Program-made: the position numbers and the translations under genes | Notes under the pieces: generated by a model | What the model saw: only the letters and a program-made list of their open reading frames with translations | Database searches by the model: none | Told to the model about the DNA's origin: nothing | Part shown: one piece after another, positions 1 through 8,673 of the stretch | How the letters are laid out: each line of letters starts with the position of its first letter | Numbering within the stretch: the first letter of the stretch is position 1 | From: Bdellovibrio sp. | GTDB lineage: Bacteria > Bdellovibrionota > Bdellovibrionia > Bdellovibrionales > Bdellovibrionaceae | Assembly (NCBI GenBank): GCA_046318155.1 | Contig: JBKCUU010000064.1 | Location: 1-20,112, forward strand | Direction of reading: 5' to 3' | DNA: 20,112 nt

Positions 1-1702
1 GCGATAACCAGTGCAGGATCGAGCTTGCGACTTTCGGGCCGATATCAGGAATAGTGACGAGATCTGCGTCAGTGGCGGCAAGAAACTTCTCGAGGCTACC
101 GAAATGATCAGCTAAGGATTTTGCCGTTTGTTCGCCGACAAAACGAATTCCCAACGCAAAAATGAGCCGGCCCAAAGTCGTTTCTTTACTCTTCTGAATG
201 CTGGTTATGATGTTCTCGGCCGACTTTTCGCCTTGGCGCTCAAGACTTAAGACGTCTCCCTTCTCGAGTCGGTAAAAATCGCCAAACGATTTGACTAAGC
301 CCGCATCAACGAGCGCCTCAATAATTTTATCTCCGACTTTGTCGATGTTCATTGCGCGTCGAGCAGCAAAGTGTTTGAGCGACTCTTTGACGATCGCGGG
401 ACAAAGCGGATTGACACAGCGAAGAATAACCTCGCCCTCTGGTTTTTCGGCTTTTTCTGAGCAAGCGGGGCAGTGATCGGGAACAAAAAAAGCTTTTGAT
501 TTTGCTGGACGCTTCTCGAGAACGACACGCACAATCTCGGGAATAACGTCTCCGGCGCGTTGGATCACAACGGTGTCGCCGATGCGAATGTCTTTGCGGT
601 TAACTTCCTCTTGGTTGTGCAAAGTTGCGTTCGTGATTGTGACTCCGCCCACTTTGACAGGCGCCATGATCGCAACCGGCGTTAGCGCCCCCGTGCGCCC
701 CACCTGGATCTGAATATCTTCGATGCGAGTTTCTGCCTGCTCGGGTTTGTATTTTGCGGCGGCGGCCCACCGAGGACTACGAGCGACAAGGCCCAAGTCT
801 TCTTGCAGACGAAACGAATTGACCTTAATGACAATGCCATCAATATCAAACGCCAGTTCATGCCGAATCGATTCTATCCAATGGTAATACTGGATAACGG
901 CATCGACGCCGACGCAAACTTGTCGCAATTTTTTTTTCTTAAGCTCTTGCGCGACGGGAAGGCCCCACGCGGCCAACTGATCTTCGGCCTCTTGTTGGGA
1001 CGTGAATTCAACGCCTTCAACTTCGCCGAGCGCATAGGCAAAAAATCGCAGAGGCCGCGAAGCCGCAATTTTTGAATCCAGTTGCCTGACCGTCCCCGCT
1101 GCCGCGTTTCTTGGATTAGCAAAAGTCTGAAGCCCGGCTTCTTGCTGAGCCTCATTGAGTTGCAGAAAATCTTTTTTCATCATCAAAACCTCACCGCGCA
1201 CCTCGAGCAGGGGCGGCGGCTTTGGTGTGTACAAAACCAAGGGGATTGTGGGGATCGTGATGATATTGTTGACGACATCTTCGCCCGTGGTTCCGTCTCC
1301 GCGCGTGATGGCGTGGGTCAATTGACCGCGTTCGTACACGAGCTCAAGCGCCAAGCCATCAAATTTGGGCTCGCAAAAATACTCGATCGGCTCCTCAGAG
1401 CGTAAAAACTTCTGAACGCGCCCATTAAAATCGCTGATTTCTTCGGGCGAGTAAGTGTTTCCTAAAGACAGCATGGGTTTGCGGTGATCCATTTTTTGAA
1501 AAGAATCAAGAACCGCACCGCCCACACGGCGGCTGGGGGAGTCGGTTCGGTTTAAGGACGGATCTTTTTCTTCAAGACGTAAGAGCTCCTGAAAGAGCTG
1601 GTCGAACTCGTAATCCGAAATTTCGGGTTGGTCGAGCGAGTGGTAGAGATGGTTGTGGTGCGAAACGAGCTTTTTCAGCTCCTCGTGGCGTTTTTTTGAC
1701 AT
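1..1702 (-). CDS. ligA: NAD-dependent DNA ligase LigA (3' end lies outside the window)
   Basis: Manual minus-strand translation from ATG at 1702 gives MSKKRHEELKKLVSHHNHLYHSLDQPEISDYEFDQL. The adenylation motif EPKFDGLA (~1372-1349) and IQVGRTGALTPVA (~709-671) are in the same frame. It is absent from the ORF track because the frame runs off the edge. Confidence 0.97.
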   Translation of the reverse strand, partial: MSKKRHEELKKLVSHHNHLYHSLDQPEISDYEFDQLFQELLRLEEKDPSLNRTDSPSRRVGGAVLDSFQKMDHRKPMLSLGNTYSPEEISDFNGRVQKFLRSEEPIEYFCEPKFDGLALELVYERGQLTHAITRGDGTTGEDVVNNIITIPTIPLVLYTPKPPPLLEVRGEVLMMKKDFLQLNEAQQEAGLQTFANPRNAAAGTVRQLDSKIAASRPLRFFAYALGEVEGVEFTSQQEAEDQLAAWGLPVAQELKKKKLRQVCVGVDAVIQYYHWIESIRHELAFDIDGIVIKVNSFRLQEDLGLVARSPRWAAAAKYKPEQAETRIEDIQIQVGRTGALTPVAIMAPVKVGGVTITNATLHNQEEVNRKDIRIGDTVVIQRAGDVIPEIVRVVLEKRPAKSKAFFVPDHCPACSEKAEKPEGEVILRCVNPLCPAIVKESLKHFAARRAMNIDKVGDKIIEALVDAGLVKSFGDFYRLEKGDVLSLERQGEKSAENIITSIQKSKETTLGRLIFALGIRFVGEQTAKSLADHFGSLEKFLAATDADLVTIPDIGPKVASSILHWLS

Positions 1703-1833
1703 AGCCTTGAGAAATTCCCAGACGGAGGCCATAAACTCAAGGAATTGCTGCGCGCCAAACGCTTGAAAGCTTGAAAGAAATTGAAAGACTCCCAAGATTT
1801 GATTAGATGAGTGCCTTGTCAAAGTGAGGACCT

Positions 1834-2115
1834 ATGATCGATCGAAAAGCGTTAGAGCACATTGCCCATTTGGCCAAACTGCACGTGACCGAAACTGAGG
1901 CCCAAGAGTTTGCGGCGCAGCTTTCTAAGGCGATGGGTTACTTTGATCAGATTTCGAAAGTCGAGACCAAAGGCATTGAGCCCTTGGTCACTCCCAGTGA
2001 GGTTGAAGCTTACTGGCGGCCAGATGAAGTCAAAAAAGAACTGACGGCAGAAGACATCGTGGCCAATGCGCCGGCAAGAACTGGCAACTTGTTTACGGTA
2101 CCCCCCGTCGTTTAG
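1834..2115 (+). CDS. gatC: Asp-tRNA(Asn)/Glu-tRNA(Gln) amidotransferase subunit C
   Basis: 93 aa with HIAHLAKL and a C-terminal NAP...FTVPPVV; GAGGA RBS; directly upstream of gatA. Confidence 0.95.
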   Translation: MIDRKALEHIAHLAKLHVTETEAQEFAAQLSKAMGYFDQISKVETKGIEPLVTPSEVEAYWRPDEVKKELTAEDIVANAPARTGNLFTVPPVV

Positions 2116-2155
2116 TTTTTGACCACAAGACTTATTGGCCCCAAAGGATTAAAAA

Positions 2156-3631
2156 GTGGATTTATTAAAATCTTCATTTAAAGAAATCGCAGGCGCCGTT
2201 CAGACTAAAAAGGTCAGTGCCCTCGAAGTGACTAAATTTTTCTTTGATCGCGCTCAAAAGCTGGATGCAAAACTCAATTCCTACATCACAATCAACGAAG
2301 GCGCGTTAGGCGAAGCCGGCGCGCTTGATGCTCGTATTGCAAAAGGCGAACAAGTCGGTCCCTTGGCGGGAGTTCCTTTTGGAATCAAAGACATGTTTTG
2401 TACAAAGGGCCTGAAGACAACCGCGGGCTCAAAAATTTTAGCGAATTTTATCCCTCCCTATGATTCAACGGTTGTTGAGCGCCTCAAAAAATCCGGCATC
2501 ACGATTATTGGAAAGCTCAATCAAGACGAATTTGCAATGGGCTCATCAAATGAAACCTCGGCCTTTGGCGCCGTTAAAAACCCTTGGGCCACAGCCTATG
2601 TTCCTGGTGGTTCAAGTGGTGGATCGGCCGCGGCACAAGCCTCACGCTTATGTGCGGGTACAGTGGGAACTGATACGGGCGGCTCGATCCGTCAGCCCGC
2701 CAGCTTTTGCGGGATCGTCGGCGTTAAGCCGACCTACGGCCGCGTCTCGCGCTACGGAATTGTTTCTTATGCCTCTTCGCTCGATCAGGCGGGACCGATG
2801 GTTTCTTCGGTCGAGGACGCGGCACTTTCTCTTGAGGTCATGTGTGGCCACGATGAGCGTGACGCAACAACATCACAGCGACCTGTTCCTCAATTTTCAA
2901 AAAACCTCAAAGAAGACCTCAGGGGTTTTAAAATTGGTTTAATGAAAGAGTACATGAGCAGCGAGGGCATGCACCCCGATGTTCAGAAAACAGTTCAGAA
3001 CGCCATCGAGATTGTGAAATCTCGCGGCGCCGAGATTGTTGAAGTCTCTGTTCCCCTCACCTCTTACGCCGTCCCGATGTATTATCTCATTGCAGCCAGC
3101 GAGTGCTCGAGCAATCTGGCTCGCTACGACGGCGTGAAGTATGGATTTCGCGCGCAGTTTGACTCACTAGGGTCTGTGGACCTTGAAGATTTTTACAAGA
3201 AAACGCGCGGCGAGGGGTTTGGCAAAGAGGTCAAGCGCCGGATCATGTTAGGGACTTACTGTTTATCATCAGGCTACTATGATGCGTACTACAACAAAGC
3301 CTGCCAAGTTCGCCGCTTAATGAAAAACCAATACGACGATGCTTTCAAAAAGTGCGACTTGATTCTCTCGCCTGTGACAACTTCGCCGGCATTTCGATTG
3401 GGCGATCGAATCTCTGATCCTTTGGCGATGTACTTGAATGATATTTTTACGGTCTCGACAAATTTAGCCGGACTCCCTGGCATGAGTGTTCCGTTTGGAC
3501 AATCGGCCGAAGGTCTTCCTATCGGGATTCAGCTGACCGCTCATCATTTTGAAGAGCAAAAGCTGCTCAACGCTGGTTACGCCCTTGAGAAGTCTTCATC
3601 TGTGAAAGAAAAGGTGCCCCATGTCTTCTAG
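2156..3631 (+). CDS. gatA: Amidotransferase subunit A
   Basis: Amidase signature GGSSGGS and GTDTGGSIRQPA, plus SSNLARYDG and KRRIMLGTY; GTG start with AAGGA RBS. Confidence 0.98.
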   Translation: MDLLKSSFKEIAGAVQTKKVSALEVTKFFFDRAQKLDAKLNSYITINEGALGEAGALDARIAKGEQVGPLAGVPFGIKDMFCTKGLKTTAGSKILANFIPPYDSTVVERLKKSGITIIGKLNQDEFAMGSSNETSAFGAVKNPWATAYVPGGSSGGSAAAQASRLCAGTVGTDTGGSIRQPASFCGIVGVKPTYGRVSRYGIVSYASSLDQAGPMVSSVEDAALSLEVMCGHDERDATTSQRPVPQFSKNLKEDLRGFKIGLMKEYMSSEGMHPDVQKTVQNAIEIVKSRGAEIVEVSVPLTSYAVPMYYLIAASECSSNLARYDGVKYGFRAQFDSLGSVDLEDFYKKTRGEGFGKEVKRRIMLGTYCLSSGYYDAYYNKACQVRRLMKNQYDDAFKKCDLILSPVTTSPAFRLGDRISDPLAMYLNDIFTVSTNLAGLPGMSVPFGQSAEGLPIGIQLTAHHFEEQKLLNAGYALEKSSSVKEKVPHVF

Positions 3632-5054
3632 AGGATATGAAGCCGTTATTGGTCTTGAAATTCATGCGCAACTAAAAACCAACAGCAAAATGTTTTGCTC
3701 GGACAGCACCAAGTTTGATGCCGGTGACAACGAAAACACCTCACCCGTCAGTGTGGGTATGCCCGGAACACTGCCCGTGGTGAACAAAAAGGCGATCGAG
3801 TTTTCGGTGAAGACCGGACTCGCTCTGGGCTGTGAAATCCGCCGCAAATCTGTTTTTTCGCGCAAGAATTATTTTTATCCTGACCTCCCGAAGGGGTATC
3901 AGATTTCTCAGTACGATGAGCCCTTGTGTGAGCACGGAGCCATTAGCTTCAAATTAGATGGAGTTGAAAAAACAGTTTCCATTACTCGCGCTCACATGGA
4001 AGAAGACGCCGGAAAATCAAATCACTTCGGTGAATACACGCTGATCAACTACAATCGTAGCGGCATTCCTTTGCTCGAGATCGTGTCGGGTCCCGACATG
4101 CGGTCGGCGGCCGAGGCCGCTCAGTATGCACGCACGGTTCGTCAAGTTTTGCGCTACTTGGATGTTTGTGATGGCAATCTTGAAGAGGGCTCGCTTCGGT
4201 GCGATTGCAATGTTTCTGTTCGTAAAGTGGGAGCCCCCCAATTTGGAACAAAAGTAGAAATCAAAAACATCAACTCGTTTCGCTTTGTCGAAAAGGCAAT
4301 CGAGTTTGAAATTGACCGTCAAATTGATGCCGCCCAGCGCGGCGAAGTAATTCCTCAAGAAACTCGCCTTTGGGACCCAGATAAAAATCGTACTTTCTCA
4401 ATGCGCACCAAAGAAAACGCTCAAGACTATCGTTATTTTCCAGATCCAGACTTACTCCCCGTCATTTTAACGGATGCGCAGATCGACAACTTTCGTAAAG
4501 AACTTCCCGAGCTGCCGTTGGCCCGGCAGTCGCGGTTTGTCACTGAACACGCGCTTCCGCTTTATGATGCCGAAGTTTTGACGACCGAGAAGGAATTGGC
4601 CGATTATTTTGAAGAGACCGCGAGGATCAGCGGAAACTCAAAAGCAGCTTCAAACTGGATCATGACCGAGCTTTTGCGAGAGCTAAAACAAAAAGAAAAA
4701 ACGATCCTTGAATCACCCATCAAGCCCGCTCAGTTAGGCAAAATGGTCGCGATGATCGAAAAGGGCACGATCTCTGGAAAAATGGGCAAAACTGTCTTTT
4801 CAGAAATGTGGTCCACGGGGCAAGATCCCGAAGAGATCGTGAAGAGCAAGGGTCTTGTGCAAATCACAGACTCTTCTGCCATCGAGAAAATCATCGACGA
4901 GGTGATTGCAGCCAATGCCCAGCAGCTGGCGGATTACCGCGGTGGACGAACGAAGCTCTTTGGTTTTTTCGTGGGTTCTGTCCTTAAGGCATCAAAAGGC
5001 CAAGCAAATCCCGAGATGGTGAACGAAATCCTTTTGCGCAAACTTCAGGGGTAA
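3621..5054 (+). CDS. gatB: Amidotransferase subunit B
   Basis: VIGLEIHAQL, FSRKNYFYPDLPKGYQISQY, HMEEDAGK, EIKNINSFRF, DYRYFPDPDL; overlaps the gatA stop. Confidence 0.98.
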   Translation: MSSRGYEAVIGLEIHAQLKTNSKMFCSDSTKFDAGDNENTSPVSVGMPGTLPVVNKKAIEFSVKTGLALGCEIRRKSVFSRKNYFYPDLPKGYQISQYDEPLCEHGAISFKLDGVEKTVSITRAHMEEDAGKSNHFGEYTLINYNRSGIPLLEIVSGPDMRSAAEAAQYARTVRQVLRYLDVCDGNLEEGSLRCDCNVSVRKVGAPQFGTKVEIKNINSFRFVEKAIEFEIDRQIDAAQRGEVIPQETRLWDPDKNRTFSMRTKENAQDYRYFPDPDLLPVILTDAQIDNFRKELPELPLARQSRFVTEHALPLYDAEVLTTEKELADYFEETARISGNSKAASNWIMTELLRELKQKEKTILESPIKPAQLGKMVAMIEKGTISGKMGKTVFSEMWSTGQDPEEIVKSKGLVQITDSSAIEKIIDEVIAANAQQLADYRGGRTKLFGFFVGSVLKASKGQANPEMVNEILLRKLQG

Positions 5055-5057
5055 ATC

Positions 5058-5972
5058 ATGAGGGTCGCGGCGCTTGATTTGGGGACTAACACTTTTTTGT
5101 GTTTGATCGCCGAGGTCGAAGGCGGGCGGGTGACCCGTGTGATCGATGACCAGGCTCGCTTCGTTCGCCTGGGCCAGGATGTGAACCAAACCAAAAAGTT
5201 TCATCCTGATGCCATCCTGCGAGCACGCAAAACTTTGACCGAATTTGCCGAGATGATCAAGAGGCATCAACCCGATCAAGTTTTGGCCATGGCGACAAGT
5301 GCCGCACGTGACGTGAGCAATGCTGATGAATTATTTAAGATCGGTAAAGAACTTGAGATACCCATTCAAATTATTCCGGGCGACCGTGAAGCTGAAATCA
5401 CCTACTTGGGAGCCGTTGCAAGTTTTGGTGATCAAAAAAAGAGACTTGTCATTGATGTTGGGGGCGGCTCCACCGAATTGATTGTTGGTCAAGGTTTGAA
5501 GATGATCGGGGGCGAGAGCCTCAATCTTGGTTGCGTGCGTTTGACCGAAAAATTTCATATGCAAACGCCCCTTGAAAACGAAAAGCTTAAAGAGGTGACG
5601 GTCTGGATCCACCAAGAAATGCAACCGACACTCGGCCAGCTGCTGTCGTTTTCTGGCGGTATTGATGAAATTGTGGCGGTCGCGGGTACGCCCACAGAGC
5701 TGGCTCGAATCGCCGTCGGCGCGTTTGTCCCAGAAAAAATCGATGGTTTTAAACTCAGTGATGAAGCCCTTCAGGACTGGGTCCAGACTTTTGCAGGGTC
5801 TTCGAAAGACGAAATTCAGCAAAAACAAGGTGTTCAGCCGGGACGAGCGGATGTTATTTTGGTTGGAACCATGATTTTGCTGGAGTGCTTGCGTCTTGCG
5901 GCAGCCAGCGAGATAATCGTCTCGACCAAAGGCGTTCGATTTGGAATCGCTTTAGAAATGGTGAAATCATGA
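5058..5972 (+). CDS. ppx: Ppx/GppA family phosphatase (short form, no C-terminal HD domain)
   Basis: ASKHA motifs AALDLGTNT, ATSAARD, EAEITYLG, IDVGGGSTE, GRADVI and GVRFG. Ppx versus GppA specificity cannot be determined from sequence. Confidence 0.9.
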   Translation: MRVAALDLGTNTFLCLIAEVEGGRVTRVIDDQARFVRLGQDVNQTKKFHPDAILRARKTLTEFAEMIKRHQPDQVLAMATSAARDVSNADELFKIGKELEIPIQIIPGDREAEITYLGAVASFGDQKKRLVIDVGGGSTELIVGQGLKMIGGESLNLGCVRLTEKFHMQTPLENEKLKEVTVWIHQEMQPTLGQLLSFSGGIDEIVAVAGTPTELARIAVGAFVPEKIDGFKLSDEALQDWVQTFAGSSKDEIQQKQGVQPGRADVILVGTMILLECLRLAAASEIIVSTKGVRFGIALEMVKS

Positions 5973-6430
5973 AATTGCATCTAGCCCTCCTTCTTGTTGT
6001 TTTTGTTTTTAATCCGATGTTGCCGGCGGCTAAGGCTGACGAGCGCAAAATCGTCATGTTTAAAACTCAAAAAATTGAGGTGGCGAACGTGCCGCTCTTG
6101 GTTGAGGTGGCCGACACGCCTCAGCGCTTAGCGCGAGGCCTGATGTTTCGCACATCCCTCGGCGAGGGTAAGGGAATGCTCTTTATTTTTGAGAATGAAG
6201 AGATCCGCGGATTCTGGATGAAGAATACGTTTGTTCCACTTTCGATTGGATTCTTTGATCGCAACAAAAAGCTGCTCGAAATCCAAGACATGGAGCCCGT
6301 CAAGAGTGAGATGGAGTTGAACCCGCCAAGCTATACCAGCAATGCGCCAGCCATGTATGCACTCGAGGTTCCACGCGGATGGTTTCAGAAACATAAAATC
6401 AAAATTGGTGATCCGCTTACTGGACTATGA
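5969..6430 (+). CDS. DUF192 family exported protein
   Basis: VEVADTP...RGLMFR...GMLFIF...FWMKNTFVPLSIGF...YALEVPRGWF is the DUF192 pattern. The ATG at 5969 overlaps the ppx stop (ATGA) and is followed by a signal peptide (MKLHLALLLVVFVFNPMLPAAKA). Confidence 0.9.
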   Translation: MKLHLALLLVVFVFNPMLPAAKADERKIVMFKTQKIEVANVPLLVEVADTPQRLARGLMFRTSLGEGKGMLFIFENEEIRGFWMKNTFVPLSIGFFDRNKKLLEIQDMEPVKSEMELNPPSYTSNAPAMYALEVPRGWFQKHKIKIGDPLTGL

Positions 6431-6562
6431 TCTTCGCATTGTTCGCCGGCTCCTCTGAAGTTGGACGGAAGTCGAGGTCGATTAAGGTTTGCATCATTTT
6501 CAAATTGTGCTGTAATGAGACGGAGAGACAAGACGTCTTTAGTAACTATCAAGGAAGAGTGT

Positions 6563-7960
6563 ATGAAAAAATTTGCGGCAATTCTTGCATGCGTTTATCT
6601 GGCAGCCCATCTTTCTGCATGTACTTCGAATGAATCGAGAGAAGACGAAACGATTGCTGCGGCTGAAGAGACAGAGTTCGTCGACGGAGAACTCGAAAAA
6701 GTCGAAGCGGGTGATGAAGCCAACGCAGGCTTCGTCGATGAACAACTTCCTGAGCAAGCTTTAGGCGAAGAACCCACAGTTGATTCTGGTACGGCCATTG
6801 CCGAAGAGGCCCCTCCTGCTGAGGCGGGTATGGACACGGGTGCCGCACCGGACGCTCTTGCCGACAGCACCGCGCCGACACAAGCTCCGGGCGAACTTTC
6901 ATTTGATGCGGCAGCGACCGAAGTTCCGGCTGCCGAAAGTTTCCCCGAACCTGCTCCCGATACCTCAATGGCTTCGTCCGAAGCAACGGCCGCTGTTGAT
7001 CCGGGAACAAGTGCGAGCGAAACCACGACAGCCACGGCTGAGCCTCGCCCCTCAGCCCCCGCAGCGGAACTACAAAAAATTCCGACCGCGCCTTACCGCA
7101 CGGGTGGACAACTGCTGAATGCGGTTTATGTCGCACGTCCCGGCGATAACTACAAAAAAATCGCGACGATGCTTTTTGGTGATGAATCTAAACGAAAGGA
7201 TCTAAAAAAAGGAAATCCTAGAATCAAAAGTCCAAAGCCAGGCTCAAAAATATTCTACAACTCGCCTCAGCGCCCGACCGACGAGGTGGCGATGAAAACA
7301 TATTACGAAGACATGGGAATGCAACCTGAAGTTTACGTGGCTCAAGAGGGCGATAACATCCGTAAGATTTCAAAACAACTCTTGGGATACGACAACGCCT
7401 GGAAAGAAATCTGGACAACGAATCTGGGCGTAGAATCCAAGAGTGATTTGATCGCGGGAACAGAGCTCAAATATTGGAAGGGCGCTCCTGCTGCCGCGGC
7501 ACCAGAGCCCGTGCTGGCTCAAAATACGGATGTTGCTCCTGTGCAGGAGCTGAATTCTCCGCCGCAAGAGTTGCCTCCGCCCCCCACGCCTGAGCAGTTG
7601 CCTCCCGCTCAAGATCTAGCGCAGAACCTTCCTCCACCCAATGATTTTCCGCCATCGCCTGACATGAACACGGCAGGGACAACGACGGCGATGAATGATT
7701 TGCCGCCGCCGCCTCCACCTGAGATGGCTCCTCCGCCGCCGCCTCCTATGGAGCAAGCACCGCCGCCTCCGGCGATGCAAAAGCCTGCGAAACCAATGTT
7801 GGCTGAAGAGGGTGGGATGTCGAATGACGACATGATGATGGGATTAGCCGGGGTCGGCATCGTAGCCGCTGGAATCTCTGCCATCATGGTGATCCGCAAG
7901 CGTCGTCAGCAAAAAGAATTGCATGCGGCTTTCGGCGACACCCAAATCGGCGCTTCGTAA
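6563..7960 (+). CDS. Lipoprotein with acidic linker, two LysM-like domains, Pro-rich linker and C-terminal TM helix
   Basis: ATG at 6563 after AAGGAAG; MKKFAAILACVYLAAHLSAC ends in lipobox LSAC. LysM-like segments YVARPGDNYKKIA...NP and YVAQEGDNIRKIS...WKEIWTTN...LIAGTELKY. Polyproline runs, then GLAGVGIVAAGISAIMVI followed by RKRR. Confidence 0.85.
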   Translation: MKKFAAILACVYLAAHLSACTSNESREDETIAAAEETEFVDGELEKVEAGDEANAGFVDEQLPEQALGEEPTVDSGTAIAEEAPPAEAGMDTGAAPDALADSTAPTQAPGELSFDAAATEVPAAESFPEPAPDTSMASSEATAAVDPGTSASETTTATAEPRPSAPAAELQKIPTAPYRTGGQLLNAVYVARPGDNYKKIATMLFGDESKRKDLKKGNPRIKSPKPGSKIFYNSPQRPTDEVAMKTYYEDMGMQPEVYVAQEGDNIRKISKQLLGYDNAWKEIWTTNLGVESKSDLIAGTELKYWKGAPAAAAPEPVLAQNTDVAPVQELNSPPQELPPPPTPEQLPPAQDLAQNLPPPNDFPPSPDMNTAGTTTAMNDLPPPPPPEMAPPPPPPMEQAPPPPAMQKPAKPMLAEEGGMSNDDMMMGLAGVGIVAAGISAIMVIRKRRQQKELHAAFGDTQIGAS

Positions 7961-8058
7961 GCCGGCTACAGCTTACTCTCTTTAAGCAAATCCGTTTAGC
8001 GGATTTGCGAACAAGGTGCCTGCTTCCCTTTGCAGAAGCACCGCATCTCTGAAGCAAG

Positions 8059-8082
8059 AAACCCGGAGGTTGTCCGGGTTTT
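8059..8082. terminator. Probable bidirectional intrinsic terminator between the convergent LysM and PilZ genes
   Basis: AAACCCGGA-GGTTG-TCCGGGTTT perfect 9-bp stem, with short T-runs on both strands. Confidence 0.7.
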
Positions 8083-8108
8083 GGTGGGGTCTCTTGGGAA
8101 GTGGGGAT

Positions 8109-8474
8109 TTAGGCTACTTTCTTGAAGATTTCGTCGAGGACGGAGCGGGTGCCGGTGCGCTTTTCTTCGACGAAGTAAATCAAGTCGTCGACGATTTGAA
8201 TGTCACGGTTGTTTTGAGGGTTGAAACGAAGCCCCGAACCAAACGAGTTGGACCAAATGACGCACGCTTGAATTTGGCGTTCGCGGCCGCTAACGGTAAA
8301 GGTCAATTGAACCTTCTCGCCGGCTTTCAATTCAGAGCCTCGGTGGCCGAGAAATGCTCCAGTAATGCTGACGTTCTTTAGCGATCCTACGCTCTCTTCG
8401 CGAGCATAGCTTTTGCGGAAATTAACAAGAACGTTTAAGCGTGTTCTGGGTGCTGGCACTTTATCTGTTTCCAC
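8109..8474 (-). CDS. Stand-alone PilZ-domain protein
   Basis: 121 aa; N-terminal PR, NVSITG (D/NxSxxG motif), then GEKVQLTF, VIWS and GSGLRF beta-barrel pattern; GTG start with AGGAAGGGGG RBS. Confidence 0.88.
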   Translation of the reverse strand: METDKVPAPRTRLNVLVNFRKSYAREESVGSLKNVSITGAFLGHRGSELKAGEKVQLTFTVSGRERQIQACVIWSNSFGSGLRFNPQNNRDIQIVDDLIYFVEEKRTGTRSVLDEIFKKVA

Positions 8475-8498
8475 GGCGAGGCCCCCTTCCTAGAAACC

Positions 8499-8525
8499 TC
8501 TTCGGCATGCCCTTCCAGGAACTAA
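8499..8525 (-). promoter_or_regulatory. Sigma-28 (FliA)-type promoter for the pilZ gene
   Basis: Minus strand TTAG-N15-GCCGAAGA compared with consensus TAAA-N15-GCCGATAA; exact spacing; ends 25 nt before the GTG start. Confidence 0.6.
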
Positions 8526-8644
8526 AATCAATTTCAAATCTTACCAAATGTTCGACAAAAAATACGTAAATTCAAAAACTTATCTCATATTGAAACATAT
8601 TCAGCTCAAATTAGGTGCTCGTGGCTTGAGCAGCTGCTTCAAGC

Positions 8645-8673
8645 TTGACAAAGGCCGAGGCCCAGCTCAAGAT
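8645..8673 (+). promoter_or_regulatory. Sigma-70-type promoter for rho
   Basis: Perfect TTGACA (8645-8650), 17-nt spacer, CAAGAT (8668-8673). Confidence 0.55.

Noticed and set aside
291..1405. Short ORF-track ORFs (291-476, 349-534, 803-1075, 874-1155, 1082-1405)
   Set aside because: Shadow frames of ligA, which has in-frame catalytic motifs throughout.
5885..5968. ORF-track upstream starts for DUF192 (5885), LysM protein (6461), rho (8689) and murA (12977)
   Set aside because: The extensions overlap upstream genes or promoters and lack an RBS. The downstream starts give proper signal peptides, RBSs or homologous N-termini.
6456..6484. Possible sigma-28 promoter upstream of the LysM gene (TGAAG...GTCGATTA)
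   Set aside because: Spacing is 1-2 nt too long and both boxes are mismatched; not supportable.
7540..7775. CCG/CCT-rich repeats resembling a tandem repeat array
   Set aside because: They simply encode polyproline runs; there is no fixed repeat-spacer structure, so this is not CRISPR.
8016..8381. 121-aa plus-strand ORF and other antisense ORFs over core genes
   Set aside because: Antisense to pilZ or other well-supported genes, crosses a terminator, and has no recognisable motif.
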